DNA from: an uncultured Clostridia bacterium
GTDB taxonomy: Bacteria > Bacillota > Clostridia > Christensenellales > UBA1242
Direction: 5' to 3'
DNA length: 62,897 nucleotides
Assembly: GCA_949841045.1 (NCBI GenBank)
Contig: CATKXS010000006.1
Location: forward strand, 1-62,897
The translations under genes and the position numbers were made by a program. Positions 8,908 to 19,487 of the stretch are shown piece after piece (within the stretch, counting starts at the first letter, position 1; every line of letters begins with the position of its first letter). The notes under the pieces were generated by a model. It was not told where the DNA came from and did no database searches. It worked only from the letters and a program-made list of their open reading frames with translations.

Positions 8908-9287
8908 TGTTGTAATATACAATAGGGTTAATGCTTTTTCTTGTATGGAAGGAATTAAGCGGCTGTGAAATTTAAGTGTAAATGTTCGGGCGCAATTCCT
9001 TTTATTTTCAAATTTAACGTCTTTTCAGCATAGTTTTGCAGTAATCGCGATTTTCAATTTAGTTATAGGTAAATGACAAGCTTTAAATTGAGTCTGAGTT
9101 TTGGGAATGGAGAGTTGACGAACTGCACAAAATATTGAGACAGTCTTGTTGAATATGGGTTGACAAATGTTTATCTATATATTAAAATTTAGTTGCATGA
9201 ATTTGCCTTTAAAAGTGAATATGGCGTTTGTGCAGTAAAAATCATATTTAATATAATAAAAGAAAATTTTGATTAAAGGAGTTTTGA

Positions 9288-12200
9288 ATGAAAAAGATAA
9301 ATAGTACAGCAAAATTTACCTTAATATTTTTAGTGGCTATGATGACTGTTTTTATGTTGGCTGGAATACTATTTAGTACAAATAGTTTTAGTTTTGCCAG
9401 TGAAAACAATTTAAAAGTTGCTGATGAAAATGAAGGGGATGTGGATATATTTCTTTCTGATTTGTCAAATAGTTATCTAACTGCAGGATATTTGCCTAGT
9501 GGTGTTGTTAAAGACCAAACTAATACTGGTGCAATACTTTCAGTAAAGATAGATGGAGCAGCAACCTATTTTAAAAAAGGCCTTTATACTCCAACAGAAA
9601 AAAGGTTTATCTACAATATAAGCAATTTAAATTATAAATACTTTTCTAGTTATATTGGCGTACAAAGCGGGACTTCTGCAACTGGGAAGGCTGTTTTTGG
9701 TATTGATTTATCGAACTCAGCAACAAGCGGTTGGGTCACAAAATATTCAAGTGAAGACATGACTTCAAATGATAGTGCAAAAAATATTCTCGTAAATATA
9801 GAAGGTTATTCTTATATGAGAATTAGAGCGGATTTCGCAAGTGGCACTAGAACAACAGCGCAAGCAGTATGGGCAGATGCTAAATTTACAGACAATGAAT
9901 CAAATGAGTTTAAACATTTGGTTAAATCTGTCGCTGAATATGATGAAATACTAAAAAATGATTTTCAGAATGCTGACTTGTCTAATAAAGATTATGAACT
10001 TGCACTACTTCAACGCAATTATGTAAGCAAGTTTGGAACAAATGGCTATGCCGCTTTGCATAATTACATTTTATCTAATGATAACAATGCTCAAGCATTT
10101 TATTGGCTTTTCAACGATGTAGATGTTCTTAGAATGTATACAACAGGTGGAGTGCCAGAAAATGTTGATATTTATAAGAAAAATAGTACATATAATTTAG
10201 CAAGTTGGTCAAATTCTTTAAGAGTATTGACAAGTCTATACACAGCTTATAAAGATGACCTTGCAGATGATAGTCTTTCAGAACTTGGAAATCGTAGAGG
10301 GGACATTTATCAAAAGATGATGATTTCTCTTTCACTCACACATTCAAAGAGGGTTCGTTTTTGGATTTATGACATGGGTCCAAACATGGAATTTAATAAT
10401 ACAAGCAATGATTCAAATGCGGTTGTAAGATATGCAGTTTTTAAAAAGATGTGGCTTGCTGGCAAACTAGACAACAAAGTGTTTGAGAATATCGAAGTTG
10501 AAGAAATGCGTTTAATTATGAACACTTTGCTTCCAGATAATGAAATAGAATGGCTTTTGGATTATTGGCAATGGAAGGGGACTAAAGGACCTTATTCACA
10601 TATGGCATATTTGCACGCTTGGGAATTTTGGTCAGGTGCTCCTCAATTTTATGACCCAGCAAAAAAAGATTATTATTATGAAAAATATAGATTAGATGGT
10701 TATGGAATTGAATATAAGAAATATATAACACATGGATGGATGATGTTTGAAACAGGTGGTGTTTGCTGGAACATGTCAAACATGGGTTCAAATATGACAG
10801 CTGTTTGGGGACACCCATCAACACCTCTTGGACAATCAGGTTATGTAGAACATGTGGCTTATGCAGATTATTATAAAAATGCAAATGGTGAAGGATATTG
10901 GGCATTGACAAATGATGTCTTTGGCTGGATAAACACAAACTTTAGAAACTTCAATAATCTTGGAAGCGCTGGCGGTTGGTATACCTCAAGAGCAATGCTT
11001 GACTGGGGAACAGGTTCTTACACAAGTTTTCAAAGCGGAACTTATTTGATTTTAGCTCAAGCAGCAATGAATGATTTCGCTAATTATGAAAAAGCAAAAG
11101 AATTAAATATACTAGCCGGAATTTATTCAGACGACCTTGTAAAACAAGAAGAAATTTATCGTCAAGCATTGAATGCTCAAAAGATAAATCTAGATTCTTG
11201 GTTTGGAATTATCAATAACTATGTAGCACAGCAGAAATCGGGTGAAGATTTTATAAATCTTGCAAGAGAACTTGCTGATGCTTTAAAATATTATCCTCTC
11301 CCTATGTATGATATGATGAGATTGATTGCTAGATATGCCTCTCAACCTGAATATTTGGCAGTTATTAATATGATTCAAGCGGAAAATTTGAAACTTGCAA
11401 GTAAAGCAATAGAATCGCAAGTTTTGCAATCAAACATTACAAGAATAATGGCAAATTATTTGCTTGGAAGAGTGGATACAGAAGTAGCTAAATTTGAGTT
11501 TGATGGTGATGGCGCTGGCACATTATCTCTTGGAAATATGTATGAAACCTCTCAGCCAACTTGGGAATATAGCTTAGATGGCGGAAATAATTGGATTATA
11601 ACCGATGAAAAAGTTCTTCAATTGACAAGTGAACAAGTTGAACTTATCAATACAGAGGACGATATTAAAGTGCATATTATTGGAACTGAAAGAACAGAAA
11701 AAAATACTTATGTTATTGATATAACAAAATCAAATGCTCCAACAGGTTTTTATGTAAATGACTGGGAAAACAAAGTTTTCGGACTTGACGAGGCTATGGA
11801 TTGGAGATTTAAGGGCGACCTCTCTTGGACTAGATATTCAAAACAGCAGCCAGATTTAACGGGTGATAAAATAATAGAAATCAGAAGACGAGCAACAGGT
11901 ACAGTGATGGCAAGTGACGAGGCAAGCTATACACTAACTTCTGCTGGTGAAGACGACTCTCTGAAAAAATATATTCCAATAAAACATTTATCTATATATG
12001 ATGTTTCATCTGAAGCTATAAAAAATCAGGGTGATGCAAAAAATATTATAGATGGAAATTATAATACAAGGTGGCACTCCGACTGGAACGGAAATGATAG
12101 AGAAAGATATATTATTATAGAATTTAGTCAAGCGTTTGCTCTCACCGGTATGGACTATATACCTGCTGGTGGTGGTAACGGGAAAATCCTTCAAGGCAAG

Positions 12201-14708
12201 ATTTATGGAAGTGGAACAGGCGAGGAGTGGACAGAGATTGCAAGTGTAGATTGGCAAAACAATGAAGATTTGAAATCTGTAGAATTTTTAAATAATGAAT
12301 TAAAATTGAAGTATATAAAAATTGTGGGCGAAAAATGCTCTGGAAGCAAAAGTTTTATAAGTGGAAGAATGTTTAATTTCTATCATAATGAAATTGCTTC
12401 TGCAAATGATAAGCCTACGGCAGCTTTGGAATATAGTACAAAAACGCTCACTAATGGTGATGTTACAGTAAATTTAGTAAACTCAAGTGCAAGTATTATT
12501 GTGACTAATAATAATGCGAGGACTTCTTATACATTTACAAAAAATGGAAGCTTTACTTTTGAATTTAAAGACGCAAATGGGCTAACTGGTTCTGCAACAG
12601 CTGTTGTAGACTGGATTGATAGAAAAGCGCCTACTGCTGAGGCAAGCTATAGTACAACTGACAAGACTAAAAATAATGTCGTTGTGACATTAACTTTCAG
12701 TGAAGATGTTGTAATAAACAATAATGGAGGCAGCAACACATACACATTTACATCAAATGGTGAGTTTACCTTCTACTTTACTGACAAAGCGGGAAATCAG
12801 GGCTCTTACACCGCGAAAGTGTCAAATATATATAACACTCGACCTAATATTATAAAAAAGGAATTCAACACGACTGAACCCACTAAAGATGATGTTATAG
12901 TTACATTCACTCTTGATAGAGCGGTTAGAGAATATTCTACTTTAACTTATAGCGAAACTTTTACTTATACATTTACAAGCAATACTTCACGAATCTTTAT
13001 TTTCTACGATGAACTTGGCAACAGTATTGCAAATCAAGTTAATGTAAGTTGGATAGATAGGACACCTCCAATTGGAAATATAGTTTATAGCACGCTTAAT
13101 CCAGCAAATAAAGTTACTGCATATATTGAATTTAATGAAGTGAATGTATCCATCATAAATAATGGAGGTCAAAATTCATATACTTTTACTGAAAATGATG
13201 AGTTTACTTTTGAATTTGTAGATAGAGCAGGCAACAAGAATACTGCAACGGCAAGAGTAAATTGGATTGACAAGACCGTTTATGCACCTGAAATTATTTA
13301 TAGTACTACAACTTTTACAAATAAAAATGTAACAGCTTCTCTTAGAGTTGATGGAAAAATAATTGATACTTTTGTCTTTGAAGAGAATGGAAAACATGTT
13401 TTCAATTATACTCAAAATGGAAATACTTATTCTGCAACAGCACTAGTAAGTTGGATTGATAAAACAGTGCCAACTGCAACAATCACTTATAGTACATTAA
13501 ATTGGTCTAGATTTGATATAACAGCTTCGGTGGCATTTGATGAAACAGATGTAGTAATAACTAATAATAGAGGCTTAAACACTTATACATTCAGTGAAAA
13601 TGGAACTTTTGAATTTTCATTTAGAGATAAGGCTGGAAATGTAGGTACAGCTTTGGCAAAAGTTACCTGGATTTATAAAAGTGTTCCTAAAGCAATTATT
13701 TCTTACAATATAACTCAAAAAACAAATAAAAATGTAATAGCAAGTGTTGTTGATTTTGAACGTCCTGAAAATGTTGAGGAAAATTCTTTCAATATTTACA
13801 AAAAGTCTATAACCATGACTAATAATTTTGGAAGCAAAAATCATACTTTCACTGACAATGGAACGTTCACATTTGAGTTTGTGGATGGAGCTGGAAATGA
13901 AGGTAGGGCAGTTGCCGCTGTTGATTGGATTGACAAAGTTGTTCCAACCGCAAAATTAGATTACAGTACTTATGACATTACTAGAGACCCTGTAAAAGTT
14001 GTCATAACTTTCGATAAAGAAAATGTGGAGATTTTAAACAATAACGGTTTAAATAGCATTACATTTGAGGATAATGGCACTTATACTTTTGAATTTGTAG
14101 ATGAACTTGGCAATTTAGGTTCTGCAGAAGCAGTTGTCAATTGGATAAACAAAAAGTTACCTGTGGTAAACATTGTTTATGATATAACTGAAAAAACAAA
14201 TAAAGATGTTGTTGCGACAATTTCTTTTGAAGAGAGTGATGATGTTGTCATTGTAAACAATGATGGAAACAACAGTTATACTTTTACTGAAAACGGTACA
14301 TTCACATTTGAGTACGTTTATGGAGATGGAAATTTTGCAAGTATAACTGCTGAAGTGACTTGGATTAAAAAGAACATTACTATTAAATATTATGAAAGCG
14401 ATAATTTAGTAAATGAAGATGTAATTTCTTTTGGTTCTGGTTATCAAATATTATTTAAAGCAAATGAATATAAAGATAAAGAATTTCTTTATTGGATAAG
14501 CGGAGAACAAATTTATCGCGAGGGTGATATTTTAAGTCTTGACGATGACCTAGTATTGAATGCTGTATATAAAAATATAAATGACAATACTGAAGGCGAT
14601 TCTGAAAAGACTAATATCGGTTTGATAGCAGGAATAACTGTTGGTGCAGTTGCTTTAGTAGGTGTTATAGTTATAGTAGCAATTGTAATAAAAAAGAAAC
14701 ATAAATAA
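9288..14708 (+). CDS. 1806-aa surface protein: signal peptide, NPCBM, putative Cys-His catalytic domain, F5/8C (CBM32), tandem Ig-like repeats, C-terminal TM anchor
   Basis: FLSDL...YIGV...AVWADAKF (NPCBM); GGVCW...EHVAY; IIDGNYNTRWHS (F5/8C); repeated YTFTENGTFTFEFVD.AGN...WIDK; TM followed by KKKHK. Confidence 0.8.
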   Translation: MKKINSTAKFTLIFLVAMMTVFMLAGILFSTNSFSFASENNLKVADENEGDVDIFLSDLSNSYLTAGYLPSGVVKDQTNTGAILSVKIDGAATYFKKGLYTPTEKRFIYNISNLNYKYFSSYIGVQSGTSATGKAVFGIDLSNSATSGWVTKYSSEDMTSNDSAKNILVNIEGYSYMRIRADFASGTRTTAQAVWADAKFTDNESNEFKHLVKSVAEYDEILKNDFQNADLSNKDYELALLQRNYVSKFGTNGYAALHNYILSNDNNAQAFYWLFNDVDVLRMYTTGGVPENVDIYKKNSTYNLASWSNSLRVLTSLYTAYKDDLADDSLSELGNRRGDIYQKMMISLSLTHSKRVRFWIYDMGPNMEFNNTSNDSNAVVRYAVFKKMWLAGKLDNKVFENIEVEEMRLIMNTLLPDNEIEWLLDYWQWKGTKGPYSHMAYLHAWEFWSGAPQFYDPAKKDYYYEKYRLDGYGIEYKKYITHGWMMFETGGVCWNMSNMGSNMTAVWGHPSTPLGQSGYVEHVAYADYYKNANGEGYWALTNDVFGWINTNFRNFNNLGSAGGWYTSRAMLDWGTGSYTSFQSGTYLILAQAAMNDFANYEKAKELNILAGIYSDDLVKQEEIYRQALNAQKINLDSWFGIINNYVAQQKSGEDFINLARELADALKYYPLPMYDMMRLIARYASQPEYLAVINMIQAENLKLASKAIESQVLQSNITRIMANYLLGRVDTEVAKFEFDGDGAGTLSLGNMYETSQPTWEYSLDGGNNWIITDEKVLQLTSEQVELINTEDDIKVHIIGTERTEKNTYVIDITKSNAPTGFYVNDWENKVFGLDEAMDWRFKGDLSWTRYSKQQPDLTGDKIIEIRRRATGTVMASDEASYTLTSAGEDDSLKKYIPIKHLSIYDVSSEAIKNQGDAKNIIDGNYNTRWHSDWNGNDRERYIIIEFSQAFALTGMDYIPAGGGNGKILQGKIYGSGTGEEWTEIASVDWQNNEDLKSVEFLNNELKLKYIKIVGEKCSGSKSFISGRMFNFYHNEIASANDKPTAALEYSTKTLTNGDVTVNLVNSSASIIVTNNNARTSYTFTKNGSFTFEFKDANGLTGSATAVVDWIDRKAPTAEASYSTTDKTKNNVVVTLTFSEDVVINNNGGSNTYTFTSNGEFTFYFTDKAGNQGSYTAKVSNIYNTRPNIIKKEFNTTEPTKDDVIVTFTLDRAVREYSTLTYSETFTYTFTSNTSRIFIFYDELGNSIANQVNVSWIDRTPPIGNIVYSTLNPANKVTAYIEFNEVNVSIINNGGQNSYTFTENDEFTFEFVDRAGNKNTATARVNWIDKTVYAPEIIYSTTTFTNKNVTASLRVDGKIIDTFVFEENGKHVFNYTQNGNTYSATALVSWIDKTVPTATITYSTLNWSRFDITASVAFDETDVVITNNRGLNTYTFSENGTFEFSFRDKAGNVGTALAKVTWIYKSVPKAIISYNITQKTNKNVIASVVDFERPENVEENSFNIYKKSITMTNNFGSKNHTFTDNGTFTFEFVDGAGNEGRAVAAVDWIDKVVPTAKLDYSTYDITRDPVKVVITFDKENVEILNNNGLNSITFEDNGTYTFEFVDELGNLGSAEAVVNWINKKLPVVNIVYDITEKTNKDVVATISFEESDDVVIVNNDGNNSYTFTENGTFTFEYVYGDGNFASITAEVTWIKKNITIKYYESDNLVNEDVISFGSGYQILFKANEYKDKEFLYWISGEQIYREGDILSLDDDLVLNAVYKNINDNTEGDSEKTNIGLIAGITVGAVALVGVIVIVAIVIKKKHK

Positions 14709-14802
14709 AATGTTTTGTTAAATAAAGAACGCTAGTTTAGTCAACATTTTTGAAATTTGCGAAAAAAAGTTTGATAAATCTCACGTTATTCTTACGTTCA
14801 TA

Positions 14803-14841
14803 AATAAAAAAGAACTCTTTAGCTAAAGAGTTCTTTTTTTT
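14803..14841. terminator. Bidirectional terminator
   Basis: aaaaaagaactctttagctaaagagttcttttttt perfect inverted repeat. Confidence 0.8.
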
Positions 14842-14849
14842 GTTTTTTA

Positions 14850-14940
14850 AATTGTAAGTTATCCTTTAATATGGCAAGCAATTATTTATCTTTATTTTAT
14901 CATATACTCTTTAAAAATGAAAAAATTAGTGACATAAATT
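14850..14940 (-). repeat. Copy B of the promoter/leader element seen at 1540-1635
   Basis: aattgtaagttatcc...ggcaa.caattatttat...tatcatata...gtgaca shared with copy A. Confidence 0.7.
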
Positions 14941-15115
14941 TAAAATTGGGCATGGAATTTTTGACATTGTAATTAAAATATATTATAATTCTTAGTATAA
15001 AAGTGGTTAGAAATAACAAAATTTATTATAACATAAATTTTGTAAGTCACTTTTTACAAATTGGCTTTAGAAATTTACTTTGATTATGTTGAAAAATTAT
15101 TAATAAGGAGAATTT

Positions 15116-18100
15116 ATGGTGGATAAAAAGCAAACTTCATCAAATAAAAGTCTATCAAAATCCAGTACAATTAAACCTACAACTGGGACTAAAACTAATT
15201 CTACAATTAAATCAAATGATAAAACGAGTGCGGCTTCAAATAGTTCGATTAACGTAAATAGTTTAAAAGTTCAAGCTAAATCAAAGCCTTCGGCTGATAC
15301 GGCGACCTCAATACATACTTCGACAAGCCAAACTTCTAGAGCAAATAATAAAAACAAAAAGAGCAATATCGCAATTTCGATAATTGCTTGTATATTGGTT
15401 GTAACCTTAATAATAGGTATGCCTATAGGTTTTAAATTTGGCAATAGGGGTGAAAAGGTTATCCGTCTTTTGCCATCACAAACCGTTTCAATCAATAAGC
15501 CAACATCAAAAGACAAAGTTGTGCTTGGGCAGGTAGAACCTGACGATTCTCTCCTTGAAAATGTTTTTAAGAATGAGTATGCGTCTACTACTGCAGTTGG
15601 TTATTATGGCAAAGTGACAAACAGCAATGTTGAAAGAGTTAAAGCTGACACGGTTAAACAAAGTGAAGGTCGTGCTTCAGTTTATCCAACTTTCGGAAGG
15701 AATTTGAGTGCAAGTGCTGAGGAGAAGAATGCAATTATTGGGGAATCTAGTTACTTAACTGCGACTGGTACTGCAAATGCTGGTGGCGGAAATTATCGAT
15801 GGATAAATGAAAGCGGTTATCTCTTTAATGGCACAACTTCTGCGCCAGAGGCTACTGGCAGACGCCTTTACAAGCACACAGCGTCAAACGGTCTTTATCA
15901 TGGAAATGTTTCTGATGATGAGTCAGGTGTTGAAAAGGTAGTCACTATAAAACCTCGTGGTTATAATGGTTATAGTGTTACAGGTATATACGCTCCAGCT
16001 GGTGAAGTTATAAAAATTCAATTAAGCGAAGCGGATATGAACGCCACAGGTGGAATTGTTGTGCATATTGGTCAGGCTCTTTACAATGGTCAGGCAAACA
16101 ATATTTGGGCAGGTAAGCCTATGCCACGTATGCCACACTTATTAAACACTTTGACTATAAGTAAGGATACCGCAACCTACGATGAAAACACTGGCTTATG
16201 GACTGGTTATGTTGGCTCTTTCCTTGGTGGACCGATATATATTAGAAACGAAAATGTTGCATATACTGCTACAATTTCAGGTGGTGTTGAGTATTTACAT
16301 TTCATTTTAGGTTATACCACTAAAGAAGAATTTAACAGAATAAAAGAAAACTGTTCTGCGCCATATTTTGATTTAGAGGTGTGGAATTATGGAGTGCTTC
16401 ACTCTGGTTCTAAAATTTATGCACAACGTTTCTCTTACGATGAGCTTTATAAAGCTGCAATTCTTTGGGAAAAAGTATCTTCTGTAACAACCACTGGTTC
16501 AAGTCAAGGAATTGTATTCCTTTATGAACCATTTGTTGCCGCAGGTGCAGCTGTTGCATTCCCAGGACGCAGGTCCGTTAACTGTCCAGAAGGGTGGATG
16601 AGTAATTCACTTAATTATAATGGTATAGTTACATCGGGTGCTTGGGGTAATTTCCATGAATATCATCATAATTTTCAAGGCTATGGTGTAGGAAATGGCG
16701 GTGAAGTTACAAATAATGCAATGACGCTTGTCTCTTATGCGTTATTTACTAAGATTTCTTCTAAAAGAGGTATTTCGAGTTTTGGTGCGCAAGGATTGGG
16801 AGGTTGGAACAACTATACGAGTGCAACCTGGGCGCTTGAGGAAACTTTAAAAATAGCACGTCCAAATGTGTCTCCAAGCAATGGAAATCAGGGCCTTGCA
16901 TTATATGCTACATTACTCCATAACTTCGGACCCGATGATTTTATTAAAGCAAAGGTTGCAGGTGGCGGACAATCTTACGCAGCATATATGAATGCTTGGC
17001 AGAAAGTAACGCATAACAACATGTATTACTATTTTAACAACATTCTTAAGGGAACGGGAATCTCCAATAATGCAGATTCATCTTACCCAATGTTTGTTCC
17101 TGTTTCATGTGTATATCAAACTGGCAGGAGTTATATGTATGATGGGCAGAAGAAATATATAAAAACAATGCAACCATATATGATTACTCATGATGAGCCA
17201 TTTAAAATTGACCTTAGTCGCTATAATGCACCAAACGGTCAGTATGCGAGTGGAAGTGTGGTTATCCCAGATGGTTTTAGTTATAGAATAAAGAGTGTGA
17301 CTAAGCCTGCACATGGTTCAATCAGTATTGATGGTAAATACAATCTCACCTATACACCTAACAATAATGATAAGAGTATTTATTCTGGTCAGATAGTTGT
17401 GACGCTTGAAATCACAAAGAATGATGGTGCGTTTAAAGTTGATGATGTCGATTTGATACTCGAATTTGAATTGTCACGTGAAATGAACAAGATGACTTTG
17501 GAAAGAACGACCTATACTTATTCTGTTGACAATATGTATACTGATGCGCAAACTGCATTTGAAAAGAATTTTAAAGGGTACGACACAGTAGACGAAAAAT
17601 ACAACCATTCTAACCCAACACAGAATTGCAACACTGATATTTGGTTCTATCCAGATACTGAGGAAAATAGAACTAAGTATCCTAATGCTCCAGAAAATTA
17701 TTTCATACACGATAACACTATTGAAGTTATAGACGGCAAACTTTATTTTGAAAATGAGGGTAAGTATAGAATTTATCTTCGTGGTCGAACGAATTGCGCG
17801 CTCTATTATTCAATAGACGGTGGGACAAATTATCAGCTTGGTGCCAAGATAAATGATACAACTGCACCAAATAAAAGTTATCTTTTCCGAGATGGTCACC
17901 CAGTGGCAAGTGTAAACGACAGCAATACTTATTTTGACTTAGAACTTGAAGCTAACAGCTGGGTTTATATTAAGGAAATACTTATTGTTCAAACTTCATC
18001 TTCAAGTTTTATAGGTGTAGGAATGAGACAGTGGACTCAAACTATGTTTACTATGGTTGAAACACATTATAATTCGTCAAACCAGGAAGTTGAAAGTGAA

Positions 18101-19237
18101 GAGAGTGAAGATTATCAATATACAGAAATAATTTATAATGACCTTAATGGACGTCCTGTTGCCGTTGAAGTAAACAGCAAAGATGGTTCGACTAGTTATT
18201 ATAAAATTGTCAATAATGTACGAGTTGAGTCAACTTCAGAAGAAGTATCAGAGCTGACCGAGTCAAAACTTATTGCTCCGACAGTTACAGAAAACAATCA
18301 GCCATATGTGAACGCGTATAGAACGACTTATATTCAAGAGGATAATAGTAATTTTGAAAGTGAATATTTCTATCAAAGGTCGTACAATTATAATTATGTT
18401 GGTGAGCCAGATGTCATAACTGACAACTTAACTCAAACCTATGTTGAAGAACAATCAAACTATGTTCCTTGGGAAAATACTTCTGAATTTGCAATCAACA
18501 ATTTGTTTGATGGTGATTCAAGTACCTATATCCACTCAGGAAAAGGTGAAGGCGTTTCAGCAAGCAACCCAGTCATAATCACTGTTGATTTGGGCGAAGC
18601 TGTTTCGGCAAATATTCTAAGATTATATCCAAGTAATTTCAGCGGAAATCATCGTAATGCATTCCCAAAAAATTTTAAAATAGAAGGAAGTCTTGACGGT
18701 GAAGAATATTTTGAAATGGGCAAATGGACTAATGCAAATGCACCAGCTGTGTATTCAGACTTACCATTTTACAATAGTTTTTCTTACACTTTCAGATACT
18801 ATAAAATAACTGTTACTGCAACCAATAGTGGTACTAGCAGGCTTGCTCTGGCAGAAATTAAATTATTAAATACTTTAATTTTGACAGGTAACGGCGGAAA
18901 TCATATTTTACCTTCTAATGAAAACTTGATTTATAACGGAGAGTGGGAATTAAAGCAAGCATATAGCAATTTTGGAAATGTATATGTCGGCAAACAAAAT
19001 GCAACACTTACTTTTGATATTATTGGTACGAGGGTTGGCTTCTTAACTTCGTCTGCATTTGAAAATAACTTTGAAGTCTATATTGACGGGAAAAAGGTTG
19101 ATTCGATTGAGCTAAAAGAAGATAATGGCCCTTATCCATTGACTTACTTATGTGATGCTTTGACGAATGGCAAGCATCGTGTAGTATTAAAGTGTACTGG
19201 AGAGGTGGCAATCGACTCGGTGATTATATATCAATAG
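15116..19237 (+). CDS. M60-family metallopeptidase (putative mucin O-glycopeptidase) with CBM32, N-terminal membrane anchor
   Basis: TGIYAPAGE; WGNFHEYHH...GEVTNN (HExxH...E); LFDGDSSTYIHS F5/8C domain; S/T/K-rich N-terminus followed by a TM segment. Confidence 0.85.
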   Translation: MVDKKQTSSNKSLSKSSTIKPTTGTKTNSTIKSNDKTSAASNSSINVNSLKVQAKSKPSADTATSIHTSTSQTSRANNKNKKSNIAISIIACILVVTLIIGMPIGFKFGNRGEKVIRLLPSQTVSINKPTSKDKVVLGQVEPDDSLLENVFKNEYASTTAVGYYGKVTNSNVERVKADTVKQSEGRASVYPTFGRNLSASAEEKNAIIGESSYLTATGTANAGGGNYRWINESGYLFNGTTSAPEATGRRLYKHTASNGLYHGNVSDDESGVEKVVTIKPRGYNGYSVTGIYAPAGEVIKIQLSEADMNATGGIVVHIGQALYNGQANNIWAGKPMPRMPHLLNTLTISKDTATYDENTGLWTGYVGSFLGGPIYIRNENVAYTATISGGVEYLHFILGYTTKEEFNRIKENCSAPYFDLEVWNYGVLHSGSKIYAQRFSYDELYKAAILWEKVSSVTTTGSSQGIVFLYEPFVAAGAAVAFPGRRSVNCPEGWMSNSLNYNGIVTSGAWGNFHEYHHNFQGYGVGNGGEVTNNAMTLVSYALFTKISSKRGISSFGAQGLGGWNNYTSATWALEETLKIARPNVSPSNGNQGLALYATLLHNFGPDDFIKAKVAGGGQSYAAYMNAWQKVTHNNMYYYFNNILKGTGISNNADSSYPMFVPVSCVYQTGRSYMYDGQKKYIKTMQPYMITHDEPFKIDLSRYNAPNGQYASGSVVIPDGFSYRIKSVTKPAHGSISIDGKYNLTYTPNNNDKSIYSGQIVVTLEITKNDGAFKVDDVDLILEFELSREMNKMTLERTTYTYSVDNMYTDAQTAFEKNFKGYDTVDEKYNHSNPTQNCNTDIWFYPDTEENRTKYPNAPENYFIHDNTIEVIDGKLYFENEGKYRIYLRGRTNCALYYSIDGGTNYQLGAKINDTTAPNKSYLFRDGHPVASVNDSNTYFDLELEANSWVYIKEILIVQTSSSSFIGVGMRQWTQTMFTMVETHYNSSNQEVESEESEDYQYTEIIYNDLNGRPVAVEVNSKDGSTSYYKIVNNVRVESTSEEVSELTESKLIAPTVTENNQPYVNAYRTTYIQEDNSNFESEYFYQRSYNYNYVGEPDVITDNLTQTYVEEQSNYVPWENTSEFAINNLFDGDSSTYIHSGKGEGVSASNPVIITVDLGEAVSANILRLYPSNFSGNHRNAFPKNFKIEGSLDGEEYFEMGKWTNANAPAVYSDLPFYNSFSYTFRYYKITVTATNSGTSRLALAEIKLLNTLILTGNGGNHILPSNENLIYNGEWELKQAYSNFGNVYVGKQNATLTFDIIGTRVGFLTSSAFENNFEVYIDGKKVDSIELKEDNGPYPLTYLCDALTNGKHRVVLKCTGEVAIDSVIIYQ

Positions 19238-19252
19238 TTCATTTTAAATAAT

Positions 19253-19290
19253 AAAAAACAGCGGTTATAGTTTTAACTGCTGTTTTTTTT
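19253..19290 (+). terminator. Intrinsic terminator
   Basis: aaaaaacagcggtt...aactgctgttttttt. Confidence 0.75.
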
Positions 19291-19478
19291 GGCATTATGC
19301 CCTTATTATCGTATATTTATTGAAAGTAAATACCTTAATTCGTTCCTGAGCATTATGCTCTCATTATCGTTGGATTTGATTGAAAGTAAACACCTTAATT
19401 CGTTCCTGAGCATTATGCCCTCATTATCGTTAAATATATTGAGGCAATAAAGTATTTTCGTTCCTGGGCATTATGTCC
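19291..19478. repeat. Intergenic tandem repeat, about 3.3 units of 58-60 bp
   Basis: cattatg at 19293, 19351, 19411, 19469; conserved ttcgttcctg.gcattatgc..tcattatcgt. Confidence 0.85.
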
Positions 19479-19487
19479 AAAATTCAT

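Noticed and set aside
19291-19478. CRISPR array (contains ATTGAAAG)
   Set aside because: The variable segments are only ~10 nt and related to each other, and there are no cas genes or leader; it is a tandem repeat.
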